Position numbers and translations under genes: made by a program. The notes beneath the pieces are model-generated. The model worked only from the letters and a program-made list of their open reading frames with translations. It was not told the DNA's origin and ran no database searches. Positions 26,501-38,699 of a stretch of DNA of 64,000 nt are shown here, piece after piece. Location of the stretch: NCBI RefSeq assembly GCF_006345805.1, contig NC_043005.1:744001-808000 (forward strand). The letters run 5' to 3'. Positions within the stretch are counted from its first letter, which is position 1, and every line of letters begins with the position of its first letter. The stretch comes from Octopus sinensis (Eukaryota).

Positions 26501-27490
26501 TTATATATATATATAATATATATATATATTATATATATATATATATTTATATACATATTTATATATATAAATATATAAGGGTATGATTGATCAGAACAGG
26601 GAGAGCTCCTGTGTAAATTTGAGGAGAGAAAAGAGAAAGGTTGTGAGATTAAGAGAAGTTGGTTGAGTAGATGGGGAGGAGGATACAGATGAGGAACCAC
26701 TGAAACAATGGAAATAGTGTATGTATATATTTGTATGTGTTTGTATATGTGTGAATGTATGTGTGAGAGAGAAAGAGAGAGAGAGAGAATGTGTACATGG
26801 CTGTGTCTGCTAAAATATCTTTTAATCTAACTGAAAGTTGATCCAAGCTTGAATATCAAGCAGCTGTAAACGGTCAGAAGAATTCTGCTGTGAATTGATT
26901 CCATTGAGAACATAAACTAGATTTATGTGTTTAGGACTCTTAAGGATTCATGGAATCTTGACAGACTCATAGAGCCTTGACTCAGCAATATTCAGCCCTG
27001 TCTTAGAAATTCTTTAAGCAGAGGAGAAAGGCTTTTGCAGAAATGAGCCCCATTCCTGTTGTGAACTGTACTCTTTTATAGAATTTCTTGTGTTTGGTCA
27101 ACCATAAAAGAAGGAAAGGTTAATTTGGCTTTGAGTGGATATGAAAACCATTTGATATTAAACCTGGGGACCCAGTGTGAAATATCTTGTTTTATGTTAA
27201 AATTCTTCGATATTTCATCAAGAGGGACTGGAAATGCCAAGAACATTATTGGAGTTTAGCCATGTCGTAGCTGGAATATATTTTCTTGATCTAAACACCT
27301 CAAAGCCAAAGAAAAAAAAAAGAAATAATTAATTAAAATACAATAAATAAAAGAAAAGAAGGAAGAAAAAAAAGGAAAAAGGTGGCATATTGTTTAACTT
27401 TCAGGAAAATATTTGTGACAAGAATAGGAGAGAATTTAGTCTCAAAGATAAAGTGTGTGTGTGGTGCTTTCTTTGCATGTGTGTGTGTGT
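24017..27490 (+). repeat. Near-identical ~1.73-kb tandem duplication (units ~24017-25752 and ~25753-27490)
   Basis: Identical ORFs at 24077 and 25805 (offset 1728). Junctions fall in (TG)n tracts. Confidence 0.95.
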
Positions 27491-28505
27491 GTGTGTGTGT
27501 GATAGTGTTTGTGTGTGTCTATTTTCCCTTGTGACATCTTTCCTCGATTTGCTGATGGTAATTTTCTTCATGGAATATGAAGAAAATCTTATTTGTAATT
27601 AACATATATTGGATCGATTCATTTAAAACTATTTCTGGATCAAAGATGGAATGGCTCCATGGTTTCTGCTGGACAAAGGATGGAATCAAGTCATTGCTGC
27701 GTTGTTTTCAGATCAAAGCTACAAGAAAAACCAATAAATCCATTGAAATATTTTTTCAATAATTTCTTGAATAAAATATATCCAAAAGTAGAAATGGTTC
27801 CTTGAAATATTCCACTGGATCCAAAATGGAAAAAAAAAACTTCTGTAGTAGTTTCTGGATGGTGGATCAAAGCTGGACAGAATCTTCCAGACTACCTCTT
27901 GGATGAAAAATGGATTAAATATTTTGAAACAACTTTGGGATTTGGGAATGGAACAGTAATTCTTGAGAATTCTGGTTTAAAAGAATGGAATAAATTCTTT
28001 GAATTATGTTATGTTTTTTTTTTCTTTATCAATAATGGAATAAAATCCACTAAAAGAGTTTTTGGTTTAACACAGAAAATAAATTCCATTTTCTGTTCAA
28101 TTGATTCTTCGGAAAATGGTTAACAGCTTCTCTCAATTTCCAATTTTTTTTATTACTTTTTTTTTCTGATTACATTTCTGTAATTTTCTTAATTATTTTT
28201 TTACAGGAACAAAACCATTTTTTAAATAATTTTTAATTTCTTTTTTCTATTTTGATATTGTTAGTTTTTTTTTTTTTTTTACTTAAAATTATTGAGTTCT
28301 CCTTATCTGTCGTTCTTGTGACAAATTATCATCATCATTATCATTATTATTATTATTATTAGTAGTAGTAGTAGTAGTAGTAGTAGTAGCAGCAGCAGCT
28401 AAAGAGGGTATGTTATATTTAACCAGTTGTCAAATTTTGTTTCCATTTCATTTACTTGTTTTATATATATGTGTGTGTGTGTGTGTGTTTACATATAAAT
28501 TTATA

Positions 28506-28595
<90 letters not shown>

Positions 28596-28985
28596 CATAT
28601 GCATGTGTCTATATAAAAAGCATTATTTCTAAAGATATAGAACCAGTTGGTGAAGAAGAACAACAGGATTTAAGGAGTAGGAACACACCAAATTGGTTGG
28701 TTGACAACTTAGAACAGCTCCGTCACAGTAGAAAAATGTTTCACATAATTTCACTCCAGTTTCGCTGTTGCTAAACTAACCAGTGTCCAACACGAAAGTT
28801 GCCATCTTAGAGGTGTCTTTTAGGAAAACTTCCACTCTCAAAGAGTCTAACGTTTGGTCAAGCATCATATTGTTTGGGCAGGATGTGAGGTGTTTCAAAA
28901 TATCATCATAACATGGCAGGTTTTATCTGAAATGGAAATAAAAATAAATGTTATTTTTATAAATTATATTAAAATTATATATTTA

Positions 28986-29340
28986 AGCACAGGTGTGGTT
29001 GTGTGGTAAAAAGCTTGCTTCCTAACCACCTAGTGCCAGGTTCAGTCCGACTGTGTGGCACCTGGGGCAGGTATCTTCTACCAAAGCCTTGTGAGAGAAT
29101 TTGATAGATGGAAATTGACAGAAACTGTTTGAATATGCATGCACACGTGTGTTTGTCTTCCACCACCACTTGACAACCGGTGTTGGTTTGTTTACATCCT
29201 TGTAACTTAGCTGTTCAGCAAAAGAAATCAATAGAGAAGTACCAGGCTTAAAAAACAATAAGCACCGGGGTCGATTCTTTCAACAGTGGTGCTCCAGTAT
29301 GGCCACAGTCTAATGACTGAAGCAAGTCATAGATAAAAGA
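28986..29340 (+). mobile_element. tRNA-derived CORE-type SINE, family B, CpG-decayed
   Basis: GCACAGGTGTGGTTGTGTGGTAA..GCTTGCTT, GGTTCAGTCC, GGTGCTCCAGTATGGCCACAGTC, A-rich tail. Confidence 0.8.
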
Positions 29341-29834
29341 ATGGCACTCAAATGTGTTTTTCACATTCTTACAGACGCACAACCTGCAAGAATCGAACTT
29401 AAATCACTCTGCTACACAACCCCCACCTTTTTTTTTTTTTTTACATCAACCATTATTCTGAAAGAAATCAAAAGAAAAAGGACCCATAACATTGAAATGT
29501 CCCCTGGACAAATTGCTTCCAGACAAACCACTGACAACAATCCCTTACTTGAGTAGGCTGTGATGTCCAATATCACAGCCAACTCATGTAAGCCCAGGCT
29601 GGTGCACCTAGGTTAGACATGGCTTGGGTTAAGAATGGCCAAGACCTTTCTAAGTTTTATACTTTATTTATTTATATCCTCTCAAGCACAACTGAATTGA
29701 AGAACAATAATTGCTCAAGTATGGTCTTGTTATACAAATAAATAGCAAACTCATAATCCGGTATGAGTTATGAGACAATACTGGAGATAATTAATCAGGG
29801 ACGGATGATTGCATCTTGGTTTTGCAAGGACTTG

Positions 29835-30228
29835 TTTAAATTTGAATCAAGTACATCAACATCAAAATCAAAATCAAATCAAATGGAAATTGTAGTTGTG
29901 AGCCCCTGTGCTGGTGGGACGTAAAAAGCACCGTCCCAAAATAGCCAACGCCAGTGCCACTTTGACTGGCTTCTGTGCTGGTGGCACATAAAAAGTACCA
30001 TCCAATTGTGGTCGATGCCAGCCTTCTCTGGCCCCTGTGCTGGTGGGACGTAAAAAGCACCCACTACATTCTTGGAATGGTTGGTGTTAGGAAGGGCATC
30101 CAGCTGTAGAAACACTGCCAGATCAGACTGGAGCCTTGTGCAGCCTCCTGGTTTCCCAGACCTCAGTCGAACCATCCAACCCATGCCAGCATGGAAAGCA
30201 GATGTTAAACGATGATGATGATGATGAT
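29835..30228 (+). mobile_element. 3' UTR/end of the RTE-like family
   Basis: GTGCTGGTGGCACGTAAAAAGCACC-type units x3, GGAAGGGCATCCAGCTGTAGAAA and a (GAT)n tail. Reverse complement of the 2281 and 12318 copies. Confidence 0.8.
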
Positions 30229-30937
30229 GTGTGAGGGAGGAAAACAAGATAAATTTTCATTAAGTATAACAAACAAAACAAAGTGTGATCGGTATTCTAG
30301 TTTACAGGAGTAGGAACAGAGTACCATGGCATCACAGTATCAACCAGACTATTGGATGTTGTTCTTATACATCGCTGGTCACAGTGCACTTTACATCGTT
30401 TTAGCTTTTGAATGGTGCCACCCCAGTGGCTGGGTGAACAGGTCAACATTCCCTCTGGTCAGAAGGCCAGTCCATTTACAGCTGAGTGGACTGGACCAAC
30501 GTGAAATGAAGTGTTTTGCTCAAGAACATAACAAGCCACCCTGTCTGAGAATCGAACCCATAATCTCACAGTCATGAGAGCAACAGCTTAACCATTTGGC
30601 CACGTGTATATCATTCATATAATATACACACTAATAATATATACCATGTGAAGAAGTTGTACAAGTAGATAGGAGATGTGCAAATAGGATTGAGGAAAAA
30701 GTTGCCTAAGGAAGCCATGATAGGTGACAGGTGCAGAAGATTTGGGTTTTTAGGGGCCCCAAAATGGGAATGTTAATATGAAAGGTATTTGAATGTACAG
30801 AATGTTGGAATTGCGAAAGTCTTTTCAAACACATCCAACAGACAAAAGCACCAACTATTTATACAAGTTGACAAGAATTGGATTTCTATTCTTTTTCCTT
30901 AAAATGTTTATCAATTTACACCTTTGAAAAAAAGCTC

Positions 30938-31320
30938 GATGCACAGGTGTGGCCGTGTGATAAGAAGCTTGCTTCCCAATCATATGGTTATGGGTTCAGT
31001 CCCACTACCTGGCACCTTGCGAAAGTGTTTTCTGCTGTAGCCCTGGGCCAACCAAAGCCTTCTGAGGGTGGATTTGGTAGACAGAAACTGAAAGAAGCCC
31101 GTTGTGTGTGTGTGTGTGTCCCACACCACCGCTTGTCAACCGGTTTTGGCGTTTACATTCCCGTAACTTAACGATTCGACAAAACAGGATCGATAGAATA
31201 ATACAAGGTTTAATAAAAAAAAAAGGAAGTATTAGAATCGATTCATTCAGCTAAAATATCTTTAATGTAATTCTCCAGCAGGGTCGCAGCTGAATGACCG
31301 AAACAAATAAAAGATAAAAG
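30938..31320 (+). mobile_element. SINE family B
   Basis: Full head, CORE-like block, internal (TG)n and tail. CpGs are largely retained. Confidence 0.8.
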
Positions 31321-31799
31321 AAAAAATATGTAGATTTATTGAAAAAGTTATGAAAGAATGAAGACGGGGCCCTAAACTGTAGTTAGGCCTCTTGAACGTC
31401 ACCGTTGAATTGTATTTTAAGTTATTTTATATTAATATTAACTTTCCTCCAAATGAAATTAATGCATCCGGGACGTATTAAAGAGTTTAACAATAGAAAT
31501 CCTGTAAATTGCTTTTTGAGGTTTTCATTATAGGCAAAGAGAACTGATCCCCGTCTTTATGTTCACGTTTAAGTAACGTGTTAAGGGAGGTAAGAAAAAA
31601 GATTACTAAAGTTATCTCCCTTTGACTGCATGTTCATGATTTGTAATCAAAAATTTCGGGAAATATTACAGAACAAACGAATATAAAAATATTTTATATT
31701 TCAATATTTCAAATGTTTCAATAAAAGAATTTGGGAAGAGTTTGTGTGTATTCTACCTATAATTCTATTTAGCTTCGCCTCCATTCTCTTTGTTGTAAA

Positions 31800-33196
31800 C
31801 TCGGTGTCGACAATTTTTATTCCATAGAGACAAGAAACAACAGTATTTTGTGAAACCTGCCTGCATTCCAATTAATATTCCAATGACTTTTAATTCTCCA
31901 CATATTTTCTGTGAATATCTTTTATAGGCTATCATAGGCATGATATAAAAGTTCCATATTCTCGTATAATTCATGGAGATGCAATAGGAACAGAGGGCTT
32001 CAAATTACCATAATGGAGAAGTTCAACTTTTAAACTTCGTTTTGAAGAATCAAGAAACAAACGCCACTCTGCAGGATTTTGATTTTGAAATAAACATTTG
32101 AAAAGTCCATCGATGTTACTGCAAAAGCAAAGTGGGCCTTCAACAGAAAAACACGTTTGTAGAACCACATTTCTCTGCCGAAAATAAGTTATACGAACAC
32201 TGCACCCTAGCTGATATTTCTCCTTCAGTCTTGATGCCAAGAGTTCTGCTTTATCTTTTGAGAGAGATAGGTCTCTGACAAGGTCATTCAGTTCAGCTTG
32301 GGAACATTTCTGAGGTTCAAAGCTGTCATCATCAGCCACGTAATCTCCTCAGCAGCACTATCGGGACAGTCAGCATCATCATCTGATGCTTCAATAACAT
32401 CATCTGGTGAAACTGGAATTGACAGACTTCCATTGTGAGGCACATGTCTCATTGCAGAATCCAAACTGTGATACACAATTTTGTGTTTATTCTTCATAGA
32501 AAATCCTGTGACATTTACTTTGCAAAAATACCAGTCATTAAAATGGTCTTTCGATTTCCTCTGTATCATTGGAATGGCAAAAGGCATGGAGTTATTATTG
32601 TTGAATCAGTCACGTAAGCCATTTGAGCAAGCTGAGCAGATAGAATGTGGTGCCCATAACTTTTCCTGATCTCCAAGAGGACAGTCAAAGTGTAGCTTAT
32701 AAATCTTCTTGATCTCTGGTGTTCTTGTACGTTTTTGATCTTTCACATTAAATTGTCCACAGACATAACAAAACACATCAGAGCGATTTCTACACAGTCT
32801 TGACATCGTTAACATTGGAAAATAAGTAAAGAAATAGATACAAACTGTTATATTTATATTGAATTTGAGATGATGAAATATTTCATCAGACCAATTATGG
32901 CTGGACAATTTGAGATGTTGAAATACCTATTTCCTCACACAAAATTTGATTGCTTAATTTAAGATGAAATATTGCACCTGAACTATGCAGCAATGAATAA
33001 TGTAGTTTATTTTAAAGGTGTTTCCACGTCATTAATTGGAATTTCTATATAATTCATGAGCTGAAACCAAAAGACTTCCTCATCTTGAAAATTGTACGTG
33101 ATGTCAAAAACCTAATTATGTATTTGAAATCAGCATTAAAAACTAGACTAAGTTCACCTTGGCATACGCTTGATGAAAATTACTTGTTGACCAGTG
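31800..33196 (-). mobile_element. Chapaev3-like (CMC superfamily) DNA transposon, 3'-truncated, frameshifted transposase
   Basis: Minus ORFs give FCYVCG...GDQEKLWAPHSICSAC, MPFAIPM..KDHFNDWYFC, QAELNDLVRDLSLSKDKAELLASRLKE, EWRLFLDSSKRSLK and ICGELKVIGILIGMQAGFTKYCCF. The terminus CACTGGTCAACAA starts at 33196, flanked by TAA (TWA-type TSD). Superfamily assignment is from recalled motifs. Confidence 0.8.
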
Positions 33197-33376
33197 TAAT
33201 TACACTTTTATGTTGGTCTTTTTTAATACTAAACTGACCAAAAAAAAAAGAAAACAAATAATGTAATTCAAAAGTTATTAGATGTGTTGTCTCTCTTCGA
33301 CTTGCTTAAATGCTTCAATGATGCCGGTTTTTGGAAGATGAATTGATAAACTCGTAAAAACAAAAATGAACGAGTA

Positions 33377-33614
33377 ATACCTATTTCTTTATTACCCACA
33401 AGGGGCTAAACACAGAGGGGACAAACAAGGACAGACATAGGTATTAAGTCGATTACATCGACCCCAGTGCGTAACTGGTACTTAATTTATCGATCCCGAA
33501 AGGATGAAAGGCAAAGTCGACCTCGGCGGAATTTGAACTCAGAACGTAAAGACAGACGAAATACCGCTAAGCATTTCGCCCGGCGTGCTAACGATTCTGC
33601 CAGCTCGCCGCCTT
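33377..33614 (-). mobile_element. SINE family A, young CpG-rich copy
   Basis: Reverse complement: AGGCGGCGAGCTGGCAGAATCGTTAGCACGCCGGGCG...GAGTTCAAATTCCGCCGAGGTCGAC...AAAGAAATAGGTATT. Confidence 0.92.
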
Positions 33615-33615
33615 T

Positions 33616-33708
33616 GAACGAGAAATACCGAGTAATACCGAATAATGAACGAGAAATACCGAATAATGAACGAGAAATACCGAATAATGAACGAGAAATA
33701 CCGAGTAA
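33616..33708. repeat. 21-bp tandem repeat TGAACGAGAAATACCGAATAA, about 4 units
   Basis: Seen directly, adjacent to the SINE 5' end. Confidence 0.9.
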
Positions 33709-33924
33709 ATAAGTGATGCCACACAACACGATGGCTTGGGCCCACACGTGCCTTAGAGTTACTTCCCCTTTGTCATTAACTCTGGTGATCTGTCTATTTC
33801 TTTCGTTTGTGCGTGTTGTGTATGTATGTATGTATGTTTATCCTTTACTTGCTTCAGTCATTAGACTGCAGCCATGCTGGAGCACCGCCTAGAAGAATTT
33901 TTAGTCGAATGAGTCGACCCCCAA

Positions 33925-34270
33925 ACCATGTGGTTGTTTACCAACCACATGGTTCCGGGTTCAGTCCCACTGCGTAGCACCTTGGGTAAGTGTCTTTTAC
34001 TATAGCCTCGGGCCGACCAAAGACTTGTAAGAAACCTGTTGTGTGTGTGTGTGTGTGTCTGTGTGTGTCTTTGTATCTGTGTCTGTCTCCCCCTCCACCA
34101 TCACCGCTTAATCACCGGTGTCCTCGTATCTTAGCGGTTCGGCAAAAGTAACCGATAGAATAATTACTAGGCTTAAGAAATAAGTCCGGGGTCAATTTCT
34201 TCGGCTAAAACCTACCAAGGCGGTGCTCCGGCATGGCCGCAGTCACGTAACTGAAACAAGTGAGAGAATA
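33925..34270 (+). mobile_element. SINE family B
   Basis: ACCAACCACATGGTTCCGGGTTCAGTCCCACTGCGT..CACCTTGGG..AGTGTC..CTATAGCCTCGGGCCGACC. Confidence 0.85.
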
Positions 34271-35542
34271 CAAGAATAACCGACGCCAACATTAAAAGCT
34301 ACCACGACACGAAAGTAATGTTTCCAGGACAGAGATTCTCTTCTTTCGATTCTAAATTTCTTCAATTATTTCATGGCAAGACGAGTAAACGCTGGACCCT
34401 TATTATGTCCTCCGCCGCCCAGACCCTAACAATGCCTAATTACATTTTTATTCGGAGTTTAACAAGTGCCCTTCCGCACTTCGTCTTCCCGTAGTGTTGG
34501 GCATCAAGGGAAAGAGAAGTGATCACATCCTGACTGATCAACCATGAAATCGATCTGATCCTGACCCCGGGTCACAAAACAAATCACACACCCCACCCCA
34601 CGTACCCGGCCGAATTCCACATCGATATGGATATAACTTTGTATATTCATTGTATGATTGCTAAATCACTCAATGATAGTAATTATCGTATTTTAATATT
34701 GAACCGTGGATGGGTTTTTTCCTTCTTTGTTCTCACGCCGAACACACTGGGGTCTCAGGGTCCCCTGCAGGATACCCTAAAACCCATCCCCACCTTTCTA
34801 CTTCTTTGTTGGGATTAGAACTTGAGCATCCGGGTTATCAGTCGGAAGAATATGACGTTGTTGTTAGTGATCCGAACCATGATTAAGGCGATGTAGCAAG
34901 GTCCAACAACGGTTCTCCGTCGGTTACAACGACCAGTGTTCCAGTGGATCCAATCAACGGAACAGCCAGCTCGTGCAATTAATGTGCAAGTGGCTGAGCA
35001 TTCCACAGACATGCGTACGTACTTTAACATAGTTCTCAAAGGAGACACAGCAGGCCGACCTTTTGAAATACAAGTACAGTTCATCTTCACGATCGTGGGC
35101 CGAATCCCGCAACAACTAAGCCACGACCCTTTACTAGGTCCAATGTAATTTCATTATAAAAGTCCGCAGCTTCTCAATTAATTTCACGAAGAGGACACAA
35201 ACCCACACAAACGTCTGGATGTAGGGGGACGTTATGTTATCAGCGAGCTGAAAAGAAGGACTTCGCTGGGGTCGCAGGGTCCTGCACGATTTCACGGGAG
35301 AAGTCCTCGCCTTCTTCAGTAATTTACGATAAAAATTTCACGTAAGGGGCATTAAGTCCATTCAAGTATGTGAAAAGTTACAGGATGAAATAAAGTTAGA
35401 GTGGAGTCCACCTGTACTGGTTTGGTGACATCCTGTTTTCAGTGAATGTTGTAGGGGGCTTGTGTAGTCGCGAGTAGACATTCACTCGATCCCGTCACCC
35501 TTGACCCAACAGTACAACCACGATGTGACAGCTGGAGGGGGA

Positions 35543-35601
<59 letters not shown>

Positions 35602-36315
35602 AACGACTACCTGCACTCAGCTGGTGTCGTTTATAGCTGAGTAGACCCGAGCAACATGAAATGAAGTGCATTGCTCAAGGACACAATCCGTAAGCTGGTC
35701 CAGGAATTGAACCGACGAACACACTAACCACTTAGGCCACGGGATTTCATCGTGGATGAAACATCCCAAGAAAATACGAATAATTAACTGCTGCACGTCA
35801 TTAGTATGTTTAATTGAAATAATTAACAGTTTTTGTTTTGTTTGTTGTTTTTGCAAAACATTGGAAGGGAACTCTTGTAGAAGACCACTCGATGAAAGGG
35901 GGCGCTTGGGTAGCTTGAGAAGTACCACTTTAGGAATCGGATTAGTGTGCACAAGAAGGACAGACAGACAGACAGAAAGAAAGATTGAAATGGGACCTCT
36001 CGGCGTTCAGTGGAAGAACTAACGGTGAATTTGCTTTCTCTCCGGACAATATCGACTCAAGAAAGACCTTTTTAAAGATTACACTGGATAATGTGATCAT
36101 AGACGAATTATATCAGAAAACAAAGGAGAGATGGTCATGGTAGTAACGTCTTTAATCGTGGATTGACTCGATCAGAGTTTAAACAAAAACAAAACATCAA
36201 AAAAAAAATATTGATCTTTGATGTCAAGAAACAAAGGTCCGTGATTTCCAAGCGCGAATCAGGAAATGTTTAAAATGTATAAAAGAGTGAATGTAGTTGG
36301 ATGTGTATGAAGAGG

Positions 36316-36317
<2 letters not shown>

Positions 36318-36372
<55 letters not shown>

Positions 36373-36403
36373 GTTTGTGTGTGTATGTATGTATGTATGT
36401 ATG

Positions 36404-36444
<41 letters not shown>

Positions 36445-37876
36445 GTTTGTGTGTGTATGTATGTATGTAGTATGTATTAATGTATGTATGTGTTGTATGT
36501 ATGTTATGTATGTATGTATGTATGTGTGTATGTTGTATGTGTATGTATGTATTATGTGTGTGTGTGTATGTATTATGTATGTAGTATGTATGTATGTATG
36601 TAAGCTTGTGTGTGTATGTATGTATGTATGTATGTATGTATTGTGTATGTATGTATGTAGTTGTATGTATGTAGGTATGTATGGTATGTATGTATGTATG
36701 TATGTAAGTTTGTGTGTGTATGTATGTGTATGTATGTATGTATGTATGTAGGTGTGTGTGTATGTATGTATGTATGTAGGTATGTATGTTTGTATGTATG
36801 TATGTATGTATGTATGTATGCATGTATGTATGTGGTATGTATGTATGTATGTATGTATGTATGTGTGTGTATGCATGTATGTATGTTTGTATGTATGTTT
36901 GTATGTTTGTATGTGTGTGTGTATGTATGTATGTATGTATGTGTGTATGTATGTATGTATGTATGTATATGTATGTTTGTATGTATGCATGTATGCATGC
37001 ATGTATGTATGTATGTATGTATGTGTGTATGTATGTATGTTGTGTATGTATGTATGTATGTATGTATGTATGTATGTATGTATGTATGTTATGTATGTAT
37101 GTATGCATGTATGTTTGTATGTATGTATGTTGTATGTATGTATGTATGATGTATGTATGTATTATGTGTGTGTATGTATGTATGTATGTTTATGTATGTA
37201 TGTGTGTGTGTATGTATGTGTGTTGTATGTATGTTGTATGTATGTATGTATGTACTGTATGTATGTATGTATGTATGTGTGTGTATGTATGTAGTGTATG
37301 TATGTATTGTGTATGTATGTATGTATGTATGTATGTAGTATGTATGTATGTATGTATGTATGTATGTTTGTATGTATGTATGTATGTGTATGTATGTTTG
37401 TATGTATGTATGTATGTATGCATGTATGTATGCATGTATGTATGTATGTATGTATGTTGTATGTATGTATGTGTGTATGCATGTATGTATGTATGTATGT
37501 ATTATGTATGTATGTTGTGTATGTATGTATTATGTATGTATGTTTGTATGTATGTATGTATGTATATGTGTGTGTATGCATGTATGTTTGTATGTATGTT
37601 GTGTATGTATGTATGTATGTATGTATGTATGTTATGTATGTATGTTTGTATGTATGTGTGTTGTATGTATGTATGTGTGTATGTATGTATGTATGTATGT
37701 TGTATGTATTATGTATGTAGTATGTATGTGTGTGTATGTATGTATTTATGTATGTATGTATGTGTGTGTGTGTATGTATGTATGTTGTGTAATGTATGTA
37801 TGTATGTATGTATGTATGTGTGTGTGTGTGTATTTATGTACGCATGTGTGTGTGTGTGTGTGTGTGCATGTATGTA
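36318..37876. repeat. ~1.55-kb degenerate (TATG)n/(TG)n array
   Basis: Seen directly; source of the MYVC and HTYI ORFs. Confidence 0.98.
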
Positions 37877-38699
37877 CAAAAATACAGACAGACCAACGTA
37901 TGTATATATACAACACTCTCTCGTCTGGTTCCCCCCCCCCATCACGGGAGGTTTGTCTCAGTTATCTAGATCACATATGATCACAGATCAATAATCAATA
38001 GTCTAACAATAAACTGTATCAATAATGAAACGCTATCACCGACAGGAATAACCCACTCTACACTCGTTCACTGATCGAAAGACAAAGTCAGTTCATAATA
38101 CACTCTAATGGAGGAGATTGGGGGGGGGAGCGGGTGTAGTTGTGTGTGTGTGTGTGTGTGTCTGCCTGAGTCCATAAACACTGAAACCAAGACACACATA
38201 TACCAACATATATACACTAATGCATTAACTCACACTTACACACACACGTACGTATATACATACATACATACGTACGTACATACGCACACATATACAGACA
38301 GGCACGAATATGCATACAGACATACAGACACATATCTAAGTGCATTAACTAATGCACAGTTACACACACACACACACATATGTGCGTGTGTGCAGCAGGC
38401 ATTCAACATAGCAACAAGACAATGTGTCGTGTCTGTGTGTCGTGTCTGTGTGTCTGTCACTAAACATAAGGACATCGTCACAGAACTCTTTCGACAGAAT
38501 TGAAATAGTTTCGTACAAATGTTTCTGTCCAGATCCGAGTGAAACACACACACACGCACACACACACATACATACACACACACACACACACACAAACACA
38601 CACATACATACACACACACACGCACACACACACACACACATACATACACACACACACACGGACACACAAACACACACATATATACACACACACACGCAC

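Noticed and set aside
36224-37994. Long ORFs up to 402 aa (MYVC/HTYI repeats)
   Set aside because: Translations of a (TATG)n microsatellite that lacks stop codons.
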